A stretch of DNA of 59,760 bases, counting the filler. It is 3 parts of 3 records of this genome, joined end to end, with 100 filler letters (N's around TTAATTAATTAA, not from the genome) between each part and the next. Parts side by side here need not be neighbours in the genome. Positions count along the whole stretch, not along the records: positions 28,171 to 43,733 come from DRR378314_1987; positions 43,834 to 59,760 come from DRR378314_1990; 1 more part is not named here. One strand, written 5' to 3'. Each line of letters opens with the position of its first letter. The stretch's first letter is position 1. The position numbers and the translations under genes are program-made. Below the pieces are notes generated by a model. The model was not told the DNA's origin. It made no database searches and saw only the letters and a list, made by a program, of their open reading frames with translations. Positions 40,595 through 51,137 of the stretch are shown here, piece by piece.

Positions 40595-41275
40595 ATGATC
40601 CCCTCCTCCTACCCCTCACCCGAAGAAATCGCCCGCCTCTCCGCCCGGATGCTGCTGGAAATCGGCGCGGTGAACTTCAACACCGATGAGCCCTTCACGC
40701 TGGCCTCCGGCCTGCCATCGCCGAGCTACATCGACTGCCGCAAGCTGATTTCCTACCCGCGCATCCGCTCCACATTGATGGATTTCATGGCCGTCACCGT
40801 GATGCGCAACGCCGGTTTCGAGGCGTTTGACAATATCGCCGGCGGCGAAACCGCAGGCATCCCCTTTGCCGCCTTGGTGGCCGAACGTCTCGCCCTGCCG
40901 ATGACCTACGTGCGCAAGAAGCCAAAGGGCTACGGCAAGAATGCCCGCATCGAAGGCGCAATGAGCGAAGGCGAACGGGTGCTGCTGGTGGAGGATCTGA
41001 CCACCGACGGCGGCTCCAAACTGTCCTTCGTGGATGCAATCCGTGAGACCGGCGCGACCTGCGGCCACACGGCGGTGATCTTCTATTATGACATCTTCCC
41101 CGAAACCACCAAGACGCTGGGCGATCACGGCGTCGAACTGCATCACCTCTGCACCTGGTGGGACGTGTTGGCGGAGGCCCGCGCGCAAGCGAGCTTCAGC
41201 ACACAAACTCTTGATGAAGTGGAAAAATTTCTGCGCGATCCGCGCGGCTGGCAGGACGCCAACAAGACAGCCTGA
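40595..41275 (+). CDS. pyrE: Orotate phosphoribosyltransferase
   Basis: [37 protein letters not shown] motif [16 protein letters not shown] at 40595 follows AAGGA. Confidence 0.95.
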   Translation: MIPSSYPSPEEIARLSARMLLEIGAVNFNTDEPFTLASGLPSPSYIDCRKLISYPRIRSTLMDFMAVTVMRNAGFEAFDNIAGGETAGIPFAALVAERLALPMTYVRKKPKGYGKNARIEGAMSEGERVLLVEDLTTDGGSKLSFVDAIRETGATCGHTAVIFYYDIFPETTKTLGDHGVELHHLCTWWDVLAEARAQASFSTQTLDEVEKFLRDPRGWQDANKTA

Positions 41276-41306
41276 GGGTAATTCGCTCCCCAGCCTGGTG
41301 CGAACC

Positions 41307-41480
41307 TGTGGACAAGGCCGCTCCGAATCGGGGCGGCCTGACCCACATCTTGTGGTCCGACCTGACAGCACACCCCGGATTTAGGCACCCTCTCTCTGCG
41401 GAGGACCAAGGCTCAAATTTGCCCACACCCGCGTCTGCGGTTATCCTCAAACCATCCACAGAGATTTCCAGATGGAAATC
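41307..41480. promoter_or_regulatory. dnaB upstream region with several DnaA-box-like 9-mers and dyads
   Basis: TGTGGACAA 41307-41315, TTGCCCACA 41419-41427, TTATCCTCA 41441-41449, CCATCCACA 41452-41460. Dyads CCACATCTTGTGG 41343-41355 and GATTTCCA-GA-TGGAAATC 41463-41480. Confidence 0.5.
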
Positions 41481-41527
41481 AGGCCCGGTTCCAGCGTAGA
41501 ACTCGGGTCAATTACAAGAGAGCACAC

Positions 41528-43045
41528 ATGAACGAGATCACCTCATTCAACGGCGATCCACAGCCGCCTGCGCCCTCGGACGGCAGCGGCACGGCAGGCG
41601 AGGCGCAGGCATCGGAATTGCCCCACTCCGTCGAGGCGGAACAGCAGTTGCTGGGGGCAATTCTCACCAATAACGACGTCTACGACAAGGTCGCCTCGAT
41701 CATCAATTCCTCGCATTTCTACGATCCCGTGCACGCACGGATCTACGAGGTGGCGGCGGCGCGGATTTCCAAGAACGCGCTGGCCTCGCCGGTGACGCTC
41801 AAGGCTTTCATGGAGGACGACCAGGGGCTGCGCGAACTGGGTGGGCCGGCCTATCTGGCCAAACTGGCCTCTGCGTCGATATCGGCCTTTGCGGTGCGCG
41901 ACTATGCGCAGATGATCTATGATCTGGCGATCCGGCGCGAGCTGATTGCCCTCGGCCAGACCATCGCCGACAAGGCACGCCGGGTCGATGTCGCCTCGGA
42001 ACCCAAGGAACAGATCGTCGAGGCGGAACAGCAACTCTATTCGCTGGCCGAACAGGGCCAGACCGAACAGGGGTTCAAATCCTTCCTGCGCGCGGTGACC
42101 GAGGCAGTGAATGTCACCAACGAGGCCTATCAGCGCGGCGGCGGCATGGCCGGGATCTCCACCGGGCTGGATGATCTCGACAAGCAGCTTGGTGGCCTGC
42201 ACCCGTCGGACCTGCTGATCCTTGCCGGACGCCCCTCGATGGGCAAGACCTCGCTGGCCACCAACATCGCCTTCAACGTCGCCAAGGCCTACAAGCGCGG
42301 CATGAAACAAGATGGTCAGGAGGGCGCGGTGGATGGCGGCGTCGTCGGCTTTTTCAGCCTCGAGATGTCGGCCGAACAGCTGGCAGGCCGGATCCTCGCC
42401 GAAGCCTCGGAGATCTCCAGCCACAAGATCCGTCAGGGTGACATGACCGAAGAGGAGTTCCGCCGCTTCGTGCAGGCCGCCAAGGACCTCGAAAGCTGCC
42501 CGCTCTTCATCGACGACACGCCAGCGATCCCGATCTCGCAGTTGGCCGCCCGCGCTCGGCGCCTGAAGCGGACCCATGGGCTTGACCTTCTGGTGATCGA
42601 CTATCTGCAGCTCTGCCGCGGCATGGCCGAAAACCGGGTCAACGAGATTGCCGAGATCTCCATGGGCATGAAAGCCATCGCCAAGGAATTGAACATCCCC
42701 GTGGTCGCCCTCTCGCAGCTGTCGCGTCAGGTGGAAAGCCGCGACGACAAACGCCCGCAGCTTTCGGACCTGCGGGAATCGGGCTCGATCGAACAGGATG
42801 CGGACGTGGTGATGTTCGTGTTCCGCGAGGAATACTACAAGGAACGCGAAAAGCCCGGCGATCACGAACTGGACAAGATGGAAGAATGGAAACAGGCGAT
42901 GGAGCGTCTGCACGCCAAGGCCGAAGTCATTGTCGGCAAACAGCGCCACGGCCCCATCGGCACGGTGGAACTATCGTTCGAGGCGCAGTTCACCCGTTTT
43001 GGCAACCTTGCCAAATCCTGGCAGCAACAGCCCGACGGCTACTAA
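41528..43045 (+). CDS. dnaB: Replicative DNA helicase
   Basis: PHSVEAEQQLLG, AGRPSMGKT, FSLEMS, IDYLQL, LSQLSR, SDLRESGSIEQDAD, KQRHGP. No intein. Confidence 0.98.
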   Translation: MNEITSFNGDPQPPAPSDGSGTAGEAQASELPHSVEAEQQLLGAILTNNDVYDKVASIINSSHFYDPVHARIYEVAAARISKNALASPVTLKAFMEDDQGLRELGGPAYLAKLASASISAFAVRDYAQMIYDLAIRRELIALGQTIADKARRVDVASEPKEQIVEAEQQLYSLAEQGQTEQGFKSFLRAVTEAVNVTNEAYQRGGGMAGISTGLDDLDKQLGGLHPSDLLILAGRPSMGKTSLATNIAFNVAKAYKRGMKQDGQEGAVDGGVVGFFSLEMSAEQLAGRILAEASEISSHKIRQGDMTEEEFRRFVQAAKDLESCPLFIDDTPAIPISQLAARARRLKRTHGLDLLVIDYLQLCRGMAENRVNEIAEISMGMKAIAKELNIPVVALSQLSRQVESRDDKRPQLSDLRESGSIEQDADVVMFVFREEYYKEREKPGDHELDKMEEWKQAMERLHAKAEVIVGKQRHGPIGTVELSFEAQFTRFGNLAKSWQQQPDGY

Positions 43046-43246
43046 GAAAAACTCAGACCTGCGGGGACAAGTGCCCTGCCCTTTCACCTTTTGTCAAATA
43101 CCTACCCTGCAATCCCGGTTCGCACCTGATCGCCGAAAAAGCGCTGAGGGCGCGCCTAAATGCCATGGGCCGCAAGTGCGGAGGTCTCCAATATCAGAGC
43201 GCGTCCAGTTTTCGTGGCGCGCTCACTGCGCTGAGTCAGGTCACTT

Positions 43247-43733
43247 TCAATTGGCCGCAGCGTTGCCGAAGTACACCTCTGGGTCCACGAGCGTGCCATC
43301 TGTCGTGGCGATGTAGAACACACCGTCTTTCACTTCACCGACCTTGCCATACTTGGAATGCGTAACCTCGAAGTCATTCAATGTAACGCGACCGTCCTCG
43401 TCAAAGCGCGTCGAGGTTTCGGCCGTGATACCAAAGTCGCGGGTCAATTCAGACGCCCTCACATTATACCACATTTCAGTGGCTTTCAGGTCGTGCGCCT
43501 GTTTTTCATTATTCTTTCTAATATCTTCCGAAGATAATCGACCGATGATGTCATTAACCATGTCGGGTGACGTGACGCGCGAGACATATACCACAGAGTG
43601 CCCGGATGACGCCTCTTCAAGCGGAACTGCGATCTTGTTCCTCGGGTTGTTCGCATCTCTCGCCGCCGTGATCATGTCCCCCAAACGCTCCGCCGCCGCC
43701 GTGACAGCATCTTCACGGGTCTCATAGTGGCCC
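43247..43733 (-). CDS. Hypothetical protein, C-terminal part (5' end lost at the contig edge)
   Basis: The frame stays open from the contig edge to the stop at 43247 (~160 codons). It looks lower in GC than its neighbours, and I recognise no motif. Confidence 0.6.
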
Positions 43734-43833
43734 NNNNNNNNNNNNNNNNNNNNNNNNNNNNNNNNNNNNNNNNNNNNTTAATTAATTAANNNNNNNNNNN
43801 NNNNNNNNNNNNNNNNNNNNNNNNNNNNNNNNN
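43734..43833. other. Artificial contig-joining spacer
   Basis: 44 N + TTAATTAATTAA + 44 N, identical to the first spacer. Confidence 0.98.
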
Positions 43834-44172
43834 AGCCCGTCGGGCAACTTCCAAAATGGACACCACTAAAATGGCAGTGAACACCATATCCTGCGTCGTT
43901 GCCCAGGGTAAGGTAGTCAGAATGCTGTTAGCGTTGAAAGTAATAAACAGGCAAGCAGTTATTGCTCCCAAGGATAATAAACAATCAATAACTATCCCTA
44001 AGGGGCGCCAAGTTTTACCAGCGCCCAATGGATAAGTGAGTAACCCCAGCCCGATAACCAGCGCAAGAAAGATACTGCGGTGAACCAAGCTTTCAAAAGG
44101 CCCGGTCGCTGAGGTGTAGAAGATGAAGCCGCCCAAGAACAGGGCGACCAGCATGAGCAGCTTATTGCGCAT
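43834..44172 (-). CDS. TRAP transporter fused permease (TAXI-type), N-terminal part (truncated)
   Basis: Hydrophobic ORF with HRSIFLA...L.YP and LEVARR, directly downstream of a TAXI solute-binding gene. Confidence 0.85.
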
Positions 44173-44190
44173 GGAATCGAGCTCCTCGCC

Positions 44191-45171
44191 TTATTCTGAC
44201 GGTATCAGATGTTCAGGAATCTCGTATCCCTGCTCTTCAAAATAGCGTGCGGCACCAGGATGAAAGGGCACCGTTCCGCTACTGAGGGTGAGTTCAGCGA
44301 TATCAACATCGGCGAGGTTAGCGAGCGCACTGACTTGCGGTTCGGGGTTTTCCATCACAGCTTTAACAATTTGGTAAGCCGTTTCTTCATCAAGCTCTGG
44401 GCTTGCATGCATCGCTAAGCCAAAGCTCCAGGTTGTGTAGGCGGGCATGCCATCAGCCGCTCCCTCAGGGATATTGACCACGGAAATATCAGGCATTTGT
44501 TCATTCAGAATTTCAGCCTGGTCATCGCTAAGCGACAGCACTTGGATCGGCGTAAACGTCGCAATATCCATGGAGGAGCCATCCAGCTTTTCACCCACGC
44601 CAGATTTAACGTATCCCGCCATACGGTTATCTTTTACACCGGCAACCACATCCGTAGTAGAACCGCGCACATACTCAGGGGTGAGCCCAAGCGTCTCCAT
44701 AACGGCAATCGTCGTGGCTTCGGTAGCAGAGCCGGTAATACCAGGGTTAAGGCGCGCGCCGTCTAGTTCTGCCATGCTCGTAACGCCAGAATCTTCACGC
44801 ATCACGACATTTTGTGGTGCTTGGGAGTAGACCCAAAGAAGGCGGTTATCCACAGGGCGACCTTCAAACTCACCTTCACCCGCATAGGCGTGATAGCCCA
44901 CGTTGGTGGTGACGAGGCCCATATCGACCTGGTTTCTTAAAATGCGGCGCAAATTGTCGACCGTGGCACCGGTCTCTACTACCGAGGTGCGCACACCATC
45001 CACATGCTGATTAATAATCTGCCCAACTGCAACGAAATAGCCGTATTGGCTAGAGGATGTGGAGGTAGAGCCAATTAAAAGCTGTTCTTCTGCTTGGGCC
45101 GCAGTGCCAACGATCAAGCCAGCACTGAGGATAGCGGTTAAGAGCGGCGTTTTTAGCGAATACATAGTCAT
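44191..45171 (-). CDS. TAXI-family TRAP solute-binding protein
   Basis: Signal peptide ending AQA, IGSTSTSSSQY, ETGATVDN, GSATE, VPFHPGAARYF. Confidence 0.9.
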   Translation of the reverse strand: MTMYSLKTPLLTAILSAGLIVGTAAQAEEQLLIGSTSTSSSQYGYFVAVGQIINQHVDGVRTSVVETGATVDNLRRILRNQVDMGLVTTNVGYHAYAGEGEFEGRPVDNRLLWVYSQAPQNVVMREDSGVTSMAELDGARLNPGITGSATEATTIAVMETLGLTPEYVRGSTTDVVAGVKDNRMAGYVKSGVGEKLDGSSMDIATFTPIQVLSLSDDQAEILNEQMPDISVVNIPEGAADGMPAYTTWSFGLAMHASPELDEETAYQIVKAVMENPEPQVSALANLADVDIAELTLSSGTVPFHPGAARYFEEQGYEIPEHLIPSE

Positions 45172-45295
45172 TGCTCTCTCTGGGTATTGTGGGTTGTTGG
45201 TTCCAGAAGATGTACGTCATTTAACTTATTAAGAATGAGAGAGCCTGCTAGTATTTGTCTAATATAATTATACGAACGAGACTTTTACTTTATTT

Positions 45296-46213
45296 ATGCA
45301 GCCTTCTATACGTCAGTTAAAAGCTTTTGTAGCAATCGCCGAGTTCGGCAGCTTCATTGAGGCTTCTGAGCGCCTCTACATGTCACAGCCAGCGTTAAGT
45401 ATTGCCATTCGCAAATTAGAAGAGTGTGTCGGTGGTGTGCTGTTCAACCGCTCTCCTCGCGGCGTGCAGCTCACCCCGGAAGGAAAATTTTTTCTGCCCA
45501 CTGCTAGACGGCTGATTAGCGATTGGGATGAAGCTCTGGGCGACCTTGGAGAGCTGTTCAACAAACAGAGAGGCAAAATAACGTTGGCAGCGTTGCCAAC
45601 ATTAGCGGCGGGATTTTTACCGACCGTGCTCGCCGACTACCGCCAACGCTTTCCCAATATTGCCATTAGTGTTCACGATGTTTTGGCCTCCCAGGTGGAT
45701 GACTTGGTGAGTGACCAGCGGGCAGATATTGGGCTATCGGTACAGCCGCTACTCGCAGAAGCGACCCATTTTGAATCACTCGTAGAAGATTATTTTGTAG
45801 CGGTATGTCCGGTTGGGCACCCCTTGTTGGCATTGGAAACCGTTCCTTGGGAGACGCTACTGCACTACCCCATTATTGGGTTGAGCCGTCTTTCGAGTAC
45901 ACGCGCTGCGATTGAGAACGTGTTGAGCGAATTGAGTTTGGAAATGGATTTGATGTGTGAAGTGAGCCAAATAGGTACAGCTGGCAGAATGGTCGCCGCA
46001 GGCCTAGGGGTTGCTGCACTTCCTTCGCTCAGTTTCCGTCAGATTTCTGCAGAAGGTATAGAGTGGCGTCCTTTAACTGATCCTTATGTGCCCCGTTCGC
46101 TGGGAATCATTACGCCATCCCGAGGTTCACCCTCTGCGGCGGCAACCAGCATGTTGGAAACTATACGTGCACACGCCGGACAATTAGGGGTCATTTCCAC
46201 CCATGAACACTAA
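45296..46213 (+). CDS. LysR-family transcriptional regulator
   Basis: HTH GSFIEASERLYMSQPALSIAIRKLEE...LFNR..R.V.LT.EG, 305 aa, divergent from the TAXI gene. Confidence 0.95.
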   Translation: MQPSIRQLKAFVAIAEFGSFIEASERLYMSQPALSIAIRKLEECVGGVLFNRSPRGVQLTPEGKFFLPTARRLISDWDEALGDLGELFNKQRGKITLAALPTLAAGFLPTVLADYRQRFPNIAISVHDVLASQVDDLVSDQRADIGLSVQPLLAEATHFESLVEDYFVAVCPVGHPLLALETVPWETLLHYPIIGLSRLSSTRAAIENVLSELSLEMDLMCEVSQIGTAGRMVAAGLGVAALPSLSFRQISAEGIEWRPLTDPYVPRSLGIITPSRGSPSAAATSMLETIRAHAGQLGVISTHEH

Positions 46214-46456
46214 AAAGCTGTCCAACATCGCCAGGACTTACCCCATCGGTTTCAGTATGCTGCTGGATACCCTGGGCTGCCTGTTTGAAGGGCTATATAT
46301 TTACGATAAGTGGGACTGGCAAGCCAATTCACTTAGTAGGCTAGGCGTTTTCAAGCGCTCAACGGCAGATAGCGGCGTTTGAGGTAGAGATGCTATAACA
46401 CATTTCTGCTTATCGCCCGAATCACATAAACTGCCAGTCCCTGATCGGAGAACATC

Positions 46457-47305
46457 ATGTCATCCCCCCTTGTGACGACCCAATGGCTGCAAGACAACCT
46501 AGATAACGAACGGTTAGTGCTGATCGATGCGAGCATGGCGACGGTGATTGGTAAAGAGCCTATCGTCTATGACCGCCCGATGTGGATACCGGGTAGCCGC
46601 CAGATCGATCTTGAAGGCGTGCTTTGTGACACCGGCTCTTCTCAGACTCACGCTTTTCCAACAGAGGAGCAAGTCACTAGGGAGACCCAACGGCTAGGCA
46701 TTACGACCGAAAGCCTCGTCGTACTGTACGATAATCAAGGCATCTATTCGGCACCGCGGGCCTGGTGGATTTTCCGGTCAATGGGCGTTAAACACGTTTT
46801 TGTTCTGGATGGAGGATTGCCACAGTGGCTAGCCGAACAGCGGGACGTTGTTTCTACCATCGCGGAAACGACAACCAAGCCAGGCAACTTCGTCGCCAAC
46901 CTTGATCACAGCCGAGTGCGAAACTCAGCGTACGTTTTGCAATACCTGGAAGATAGCCAAGTCACCGTTGTTGATGCCCGATCACGTTCACGTTTCCTGG
47001 CACAGGTACCTGAACCCCGCCCTGGGGTGCGCAGTGGCCATATCCCCAATTCTCATAATCTGCCGTTTACAGAGGTGCTAGAGGGAAATTGTTTTAAACC
47101 TGTTAGCGAGCTGAAGGCCATCTTTATAACGCTTGCTCCATCTCTCCAATCTAACAGTGAACCCCAACTAGTGTTTTCCTGTGGCTCGGGCATCACCGCC
47201 TGTATCATTCTGCTGGCCGCCGAACTGGCGGGATACCATCAGCTATCGCTGTACGACGGTTCTTGGGCAGACTGGGGGAGCGATGAGTCACTCCCAGTGG
47301 CTTAG
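46457..47305 (+). CDS. sseA: Two-domain rhodanese / 3-mercaptopyruvate sulfurtransferase (SseA-like)
   Basis: APRAWW, LDGGLPQW, DARS..RF, GHIPNS, active-site loop CGSGIT, YDGSWADWG. Confidence 0.85.
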   Translation: MSSPLVTTQWLQDNLDNERLVLIDASMATVIGKEPIVYDRPMWIPGSRQIDLEGVLCDTGSSQTHAFPTEEQVTRETQRLGITTESLVVLYDNQGIYSAPRAWWIFRSMGVKHVFVLDGGLPQWLAEQRDVVSTIAETTTKPGNFVANLDHSRVRNSAYVLQYLEDSQVTVVDARSRSRFLAQVPEPRPGVRSGHIPNSHNLPFTEVLEGNCFKPVSELKAIFITLAPSLQSNSEPQLVFSCGSGITACIILLAAELAGYHQLSLYDGSWADWGSDESLPVA

Positions 47306-47340
47306 GCTTTGTATGAATGGCTCTGGTCAAGACGGTTTCT

Positions 47341-48984
47341 TCAGCACGTTGTAACTTCAGGTTGCGCTGCGGCGTGAGCTAAGAGATCGGCCTGGGGAGG
47401 CGAAGAAGACGCGGCCACCGACTTTTCACCGCTAAGTTTGAACGTATCTACTAAACGAGTGAGTCGGTTGGCTTCCTCCTGAAGCGACGCCGCCGATCTA
47501 CTGGTTTGCGATACCATCGTGACATTCTGCTGAGTGGCAGTATCCATTTGCGTCAACGCTACACCCACTTGCTGGATGCCTGACTCCTGCTCGCTCACGG
47601 CGAGCGAAATCTCATTCATCAGCCCCGACACTTGGCGTATAGCCTCCACCGTATTCTGTATTCCCTCACTGCTTCGCACCGATTGCTCGGCTACGCTAGC
47701 GATGCGCTCACTAATATCCGTAATCATTTCACGAATTTTATTGGATGAATCCGCGCTGCGACTGGCGAGCTTGCGTACTTCGCTAGCCACTACCGCAAAG
47801 CCGCGGCCATGGTCACCTGCACGCGCCGCCTCGACCGAGGCGTTAAGCGCCAGAATATTGGTCTGGAAGGCAATCGAGTCGATGACTTCAACAATCTCAC
47901 CCACCTGGCGCGAACTGGTCTCGAGCTCGCGCATCAACTCAACCGAGTGCTGAACCTCTTTAACGCCCTTCTCGGCTTTTTCAGCGGCCTGACTGGAAAG
48001 CTTATCGGCATTGCTGGCCGACTCACTGTTCTGGCGCACGATGGAAGACATCTCCTCCATGCTGGACGCCGTTTCTTGCAGAGCGGAAGCCTGCTCCTCG
48101 GTGCGCGAAGCAAGATCCTCGCTACCTGAAGCAATTTCACCAGACGCCATATTGACATTGTGGGCCCCATCGCGAACCGCCTGAAAGCTGGCATCCATAC
48201 GCGCGATAAAACCATCAAACTCGCGGGCCAGTTCGCCAATCTCATCACGTCGCTTGCTATCAATGCGTGCGGTAAGATCACCCTCACCTTGGGTAATATC
48301 GCGAATGCGCCTGCTAACTTGACGAATGGCTCGGGACATCAGGTTCGGCCCCATCAAGGCGATCACCAGCGTGACCAATAACACGAATGCCGTGAAGCCC
48401 ATCACCCAGCGTTGCTGCACGGCGACTGCCGCTAGTGTTTCTTGCTCCAGAGCCAAGCCACGCTCGTCGGCGCTTTCTCCGGCAACGTTGTAAAGCTCAC
48501 GTAAGTCATTAAAGGCCGCTAACGAACCTCTCTCCAACTGCTCTTCAGCGGCACCAAGCTCACCTTCCGCATGCAGGTCGAAGACGGCCTGGGACGCCGC
48601 CTCCCATGCCATATAGCGATCCTCGAACGATTCAAGGCCCTCGCTCACCTGCGGATATGCATCCAGCAGTGTGAGGAAGTTATGCATTCGATCATAGGCT
48701 TGCTCAGCATTTTCACGGTAATCATCGTATTGAGCGCTCGCCCCATCACTGCCCGGCGCCTCACGCAACACTTCAAGTTCAGCCACCCGGGCCTGATACA
48801 GGTCACGGTCCGCATTGAGCACCGCTGATACCGCCGGATTAAAGGAGCCACTAAACGCTGTCATGCGTTCGCGCATCGACTGAACAAGCAGGCTATCGAC
48901 CACCACAACGCCTAACAGTGACAAGGCCACCAGGATAAACGCCAAGGTATATTTCACATTGATCTTGTGGAGCTTCTCCAGCAT
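47341..48984 (-). CDS. Methyl-accepting chemotaxis protein (2 TM, helical periplasmic sensor, HAMP, MA domain)
   Basis: HAMP GDLT.R....DEIG, hairpin tip [34 protein letters not shown]. Confidence 0.95.
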   Translation of the reverse strand: MLEKLHKINVKYTLAFILVALSLLGVVVVDSLLVQSMRERMTAFSGSFNPAVSAVLNADRDLYQARVAELEVLREAPGSDGASAQYDDYRENAEQAYDRMHNFLTLLDAYPQVSEGLESFEDRYMAWEAASQAVFDLHAEGELGAAEEQLERGSLAAFNDLRELYNVAGESADERGLALEQETLAAVAVQQRWVMGFTAFVLLVTLVIALMGPNLMSRAIRQVSRRIRDITQGEGDLTARIDSKRRDEIGELAREFDGFIARMDASFQAVRDGAHNVNMASGEIASGSEDLASRTEEQASALQETASSMEEMSSIVRQNSESASNADKLSSQAAEKAEKGVKEVQHSVELMRELETSSRQVGEIVEVIDSIAFQTNILALNASVEAARAGDHGRGFAVVASEVRKLASRSADSSNKIREMITDISERIASVAEQSVRSSEGIQNTVEAIRQVSGLMNEISLAVSEQESGIQQVGVALTQMDTATQQNVTMVSQTSRSAASLQEEANRLTRLVDTFKLSGEKSVAASSSPPQADLLAHAAAQPEVTTC

Positions 48985-49060
48985 TGAGTCACCTGCTAGT
49001 TATCTGATTTATTGTAGTGATGGCTAACTTTGGCAGGATGCAATTTAATCCTATTCATTA

Positions 49061-49087
49061 TTATCGGCTGCGATGGAACGGGCTTTA
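49061..49087 (-). promoter_or_regulatory. Sigma-28 (FliA) promoter of MCP 47341-48984
   Basis: The minus strand reads TAAA-gcccgttccatcgca (15 nt)-GCCGATAA, an exact consensus match. Confidence 0.9.
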
Positions 49088-49350
49088 ATATAGTGGCGAA
49101 CGCGATATTGCATATAAAAAGAGCGGGTGCTTCTTCAACGTTCGCGCGCAAGGATAAACATTTTGACCGCGAAGGCTTCAGCAGCACAGCGATCTCGTTA
49201 GTTCAACAACAGCGGAATAGGTGGGAATATACTGAATAACTTGTGCCACAACTTGCGTCAGGTTACAGCTAGAGGTCATCAGATAAATATTAGGGTTACG
49301 CACATGTGCTGGCAGATTTGGCACATGGATGACATAGATTTGACACAGCC

Positions 49351-49384
49351 AAAACAAAAGGGCCTACGCGTTAACGTAAGCCCT
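49351..49384 (-). terminator. Intrinsic terminator downstream of tRNA-Arg
   Basis: Minus strand AGGGCTTACG-loop-CGTAGGCCCT followed by TTTGTTTT. Confidence 0.7.
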
Positions 49385-49394
49385 AGATATGTTT

Positions 49395-49471
49395 TGGCGC
49401 GCCCGGCAGGAATCGAACCTGCGACCTTCGGCTTCGGAGGCCGACACTCTATCCAACTGAGCTACGGGCGC
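49395..49471 (-). tRNA. tRNA-Arg (anticodon CCG)
   Basis: GCGCCCGTAGCTCAGTTGGATAGAGTGTCGGCCTCCGAAGCCGAAGGTCGCAGGTTCGATTCCTGCCGGGCGCGCCA: a 77-nt cloverleaf with encoded CCA. Confidence 0.97.
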
Positions 49472-49614
49472 TTTGGGTGCGTATCGTACCCGTGTGGACG
49501 CGCTGTGTCCAGCTAGTCAGCGGTTTTACAGGCGCTTTGATTGACCGTTTTCCGCAGTGTGGTGCATGCTTTGGGAGCACTTCCTATCTTTAGTGAAACT
49601 GGGAACACAACATA

Positions 49615-50613
49615 ATGAAAACTTTTGCACGTAACACGCTGGCACTGGGCATTTCACTGGCGCTGGTAAGCGCCGCGAATGCCGCTGATTTTGCTGATAT
49701 GGACCCCGTTACCCTGCGTTTGGCCCACGTGGTCAACGAGCAGGATGGTTTCCATATCGCCGCGACCAAGTTTGAAGAACTGGTGGAAGAACGCACCGGT
49801 GGCAAGGTCAACATCGAGATCTATCCTAATGCTTCCCTAGGCGACGAGCGCACGCTACTGGAAGGCATGCAGATCGGCACCGTGGATATGGGGCTGATTA
49901 CCAACGGCCCGGTGGCCAACTTTGTCGAAGAGATGGCGGTGTTTGAACTGCCGTTCCTATTTCCCTCACCGGAAGCCGCTTATGGGGTGCTCGATGGCCC
50001 GATCGGCCAGGAGTTGCTGGATAAGCTGTCTGACGTGAACCTGAAAGGCTTGGCATACGCAGAGCGCGGCTTCCGCAACCTGACCAACAGCGAGCGCGCG
50101 GTGAATTCGCCGGAAGATTTGGATGGGCTACGCATTCGTGTGATGGAAAACCCGGTGTACACCGACACCTTCCGCGAGCTGGGCGCCAACGCTATTCCCA
50201 TGGCGTGGACAGAAGCGCTGACCGCCATGCAACAAGGCACCATCGATGGTCAGGAAAATCCGGTGAACGTTATCCATTCGTTCAAGCTGGATGAAACCCA
50301 GAACTACATGACCCTTTCCCGCCATACGTATGCCCCGGCCATTTTTGTAATGGGCATGCCCGTTTGGAACCAACTGCCAGAACAGGCACAAACCGTACTG
50401 AAAGAAGCCGCCCAAGAAGCCGCCGAGCATGAGCGCCAAGTGAACGCAGATATGGAAGCCGACCAACTGGCGGCGCTGCGCGAAGCCGGTATGGAAATCA
50501 ACGAAACGCCGGATATGGAAGCCTTCCAAGCTGCCGTTGCGCCGGTGTATGAGAAGTACGGCGAGCAGTTTGGTGACTACCTGCCACGCATTCGGGAGGC
50601 GCTGAATCAGTGA
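49615..50613 (+). CDS. dctP: TRAP solute-binding protein, DctP family
   Basis: Signal peptide, LRLAHV, ERGFRN, DLDGLRIRV, ALQ/MQQGTIDGQENP. Confidence 0.93.
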   Translation: MKTFARNTLALGISLALVSAANAADFADMDPVTLRLAHVVNEQDGFHIAATKFEELVEERTGGKVNIEIYPNASLGDERTLLEGMQIGTVDMGLITNGPVANFVEEMAVFELPFLFPSPEAAYGVLDGPIGQELLDKLSDVNLKGLAYAERGFRNLTNSERAVNSPEDLDGLRIRVMENPVYTDTFRELGANAIPMAWTEALTAMQQGTIDGQENPVNVIHSFKLDETQNYMTLSRHTYAPAIFVMGMPVWNQLPEQAQTVLKEAAQEAAEHERQVNADMEADQLAALREAGMEINETPDMEAFQAAVAPVYEKYGEQFGDYLPRIREALNQ

Positions 50614-51137
50614 TGGCCTTTGCACAGCCTCTTTTGACGCTGCTGCAACGTAGTGAGCGCGAGCTGGATGCCATCATCCAGCCCGTGGTCTTTGCGGGCA
50701 TGGCAGCATTAATTGGCGTGATTACTCTGCAGATTGTGTCGCGGGTGCTGTTCAGCGCCGTTGGCTGGACGGAAGAGGTCGCGCGCTTTCTGCTGGTGTG
50801 GATTACGTTTTTAGCCAGCACCTTAGCCTTCCAACGCGGGCGACATATCGCCGTGACCTTTGCCGTGGATGCGCTTCCCCAGCCCTTGCGCAAGCTGGCG
50901 CGCTTGGCTGCACTGGCGGTGGTGCTAGCGTTTATGATCGCGCTAATCGTGATCGGCTATCGCTATATGCAGGTGCAAAGCTTTCAGAAATCCGCCTCAC
51001 TGCGGCTTTCGATGACCTACATCTATGCAGTCATCCCACTCTCTGCCGCCATCATGGCGTGGTACGCCCTGGTGGATATGATCGACGTACTGGTGAACGG
51101 TGAGCCGACGGTCGCTGCCCCGGAGGAACCGCTATGA
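50613..51137 (+). CDS. dctQ: TRAP small permease
   Basis: Four hydrophobic segments with WTEEVARFLLVW and HIAV. TGATG overlap with dctP. Confidence 0.92.
   Translation: MAFAQPLLTLLQRSERELDAIIQPVVFAGMAALIGVITLQIVSRVLFSAVGWTEEVARFLLVWITFLASTLAFQRGRHIAVTFAVDALPQPLRKLARLAALAVVLAFMIALIVIGYRYMQVQSFQKSASLRLSMTYIYAVIPLSAAIMAWYALVDMIDVLVNGEPTVAAPEEPL

Noticed and set aside
28441..42949. Long antisense ORFs (28441-29748, 30663-32039, 34652-37111, 41543-42949)
   Set aside because: These are typical shadow frames of high-GC coding sequence, opposite well-supported genes.
41528..43045. Intein in DnaB
   Set aside because: The protein is 505 aa with contiguous helicase motifs and no insertion.
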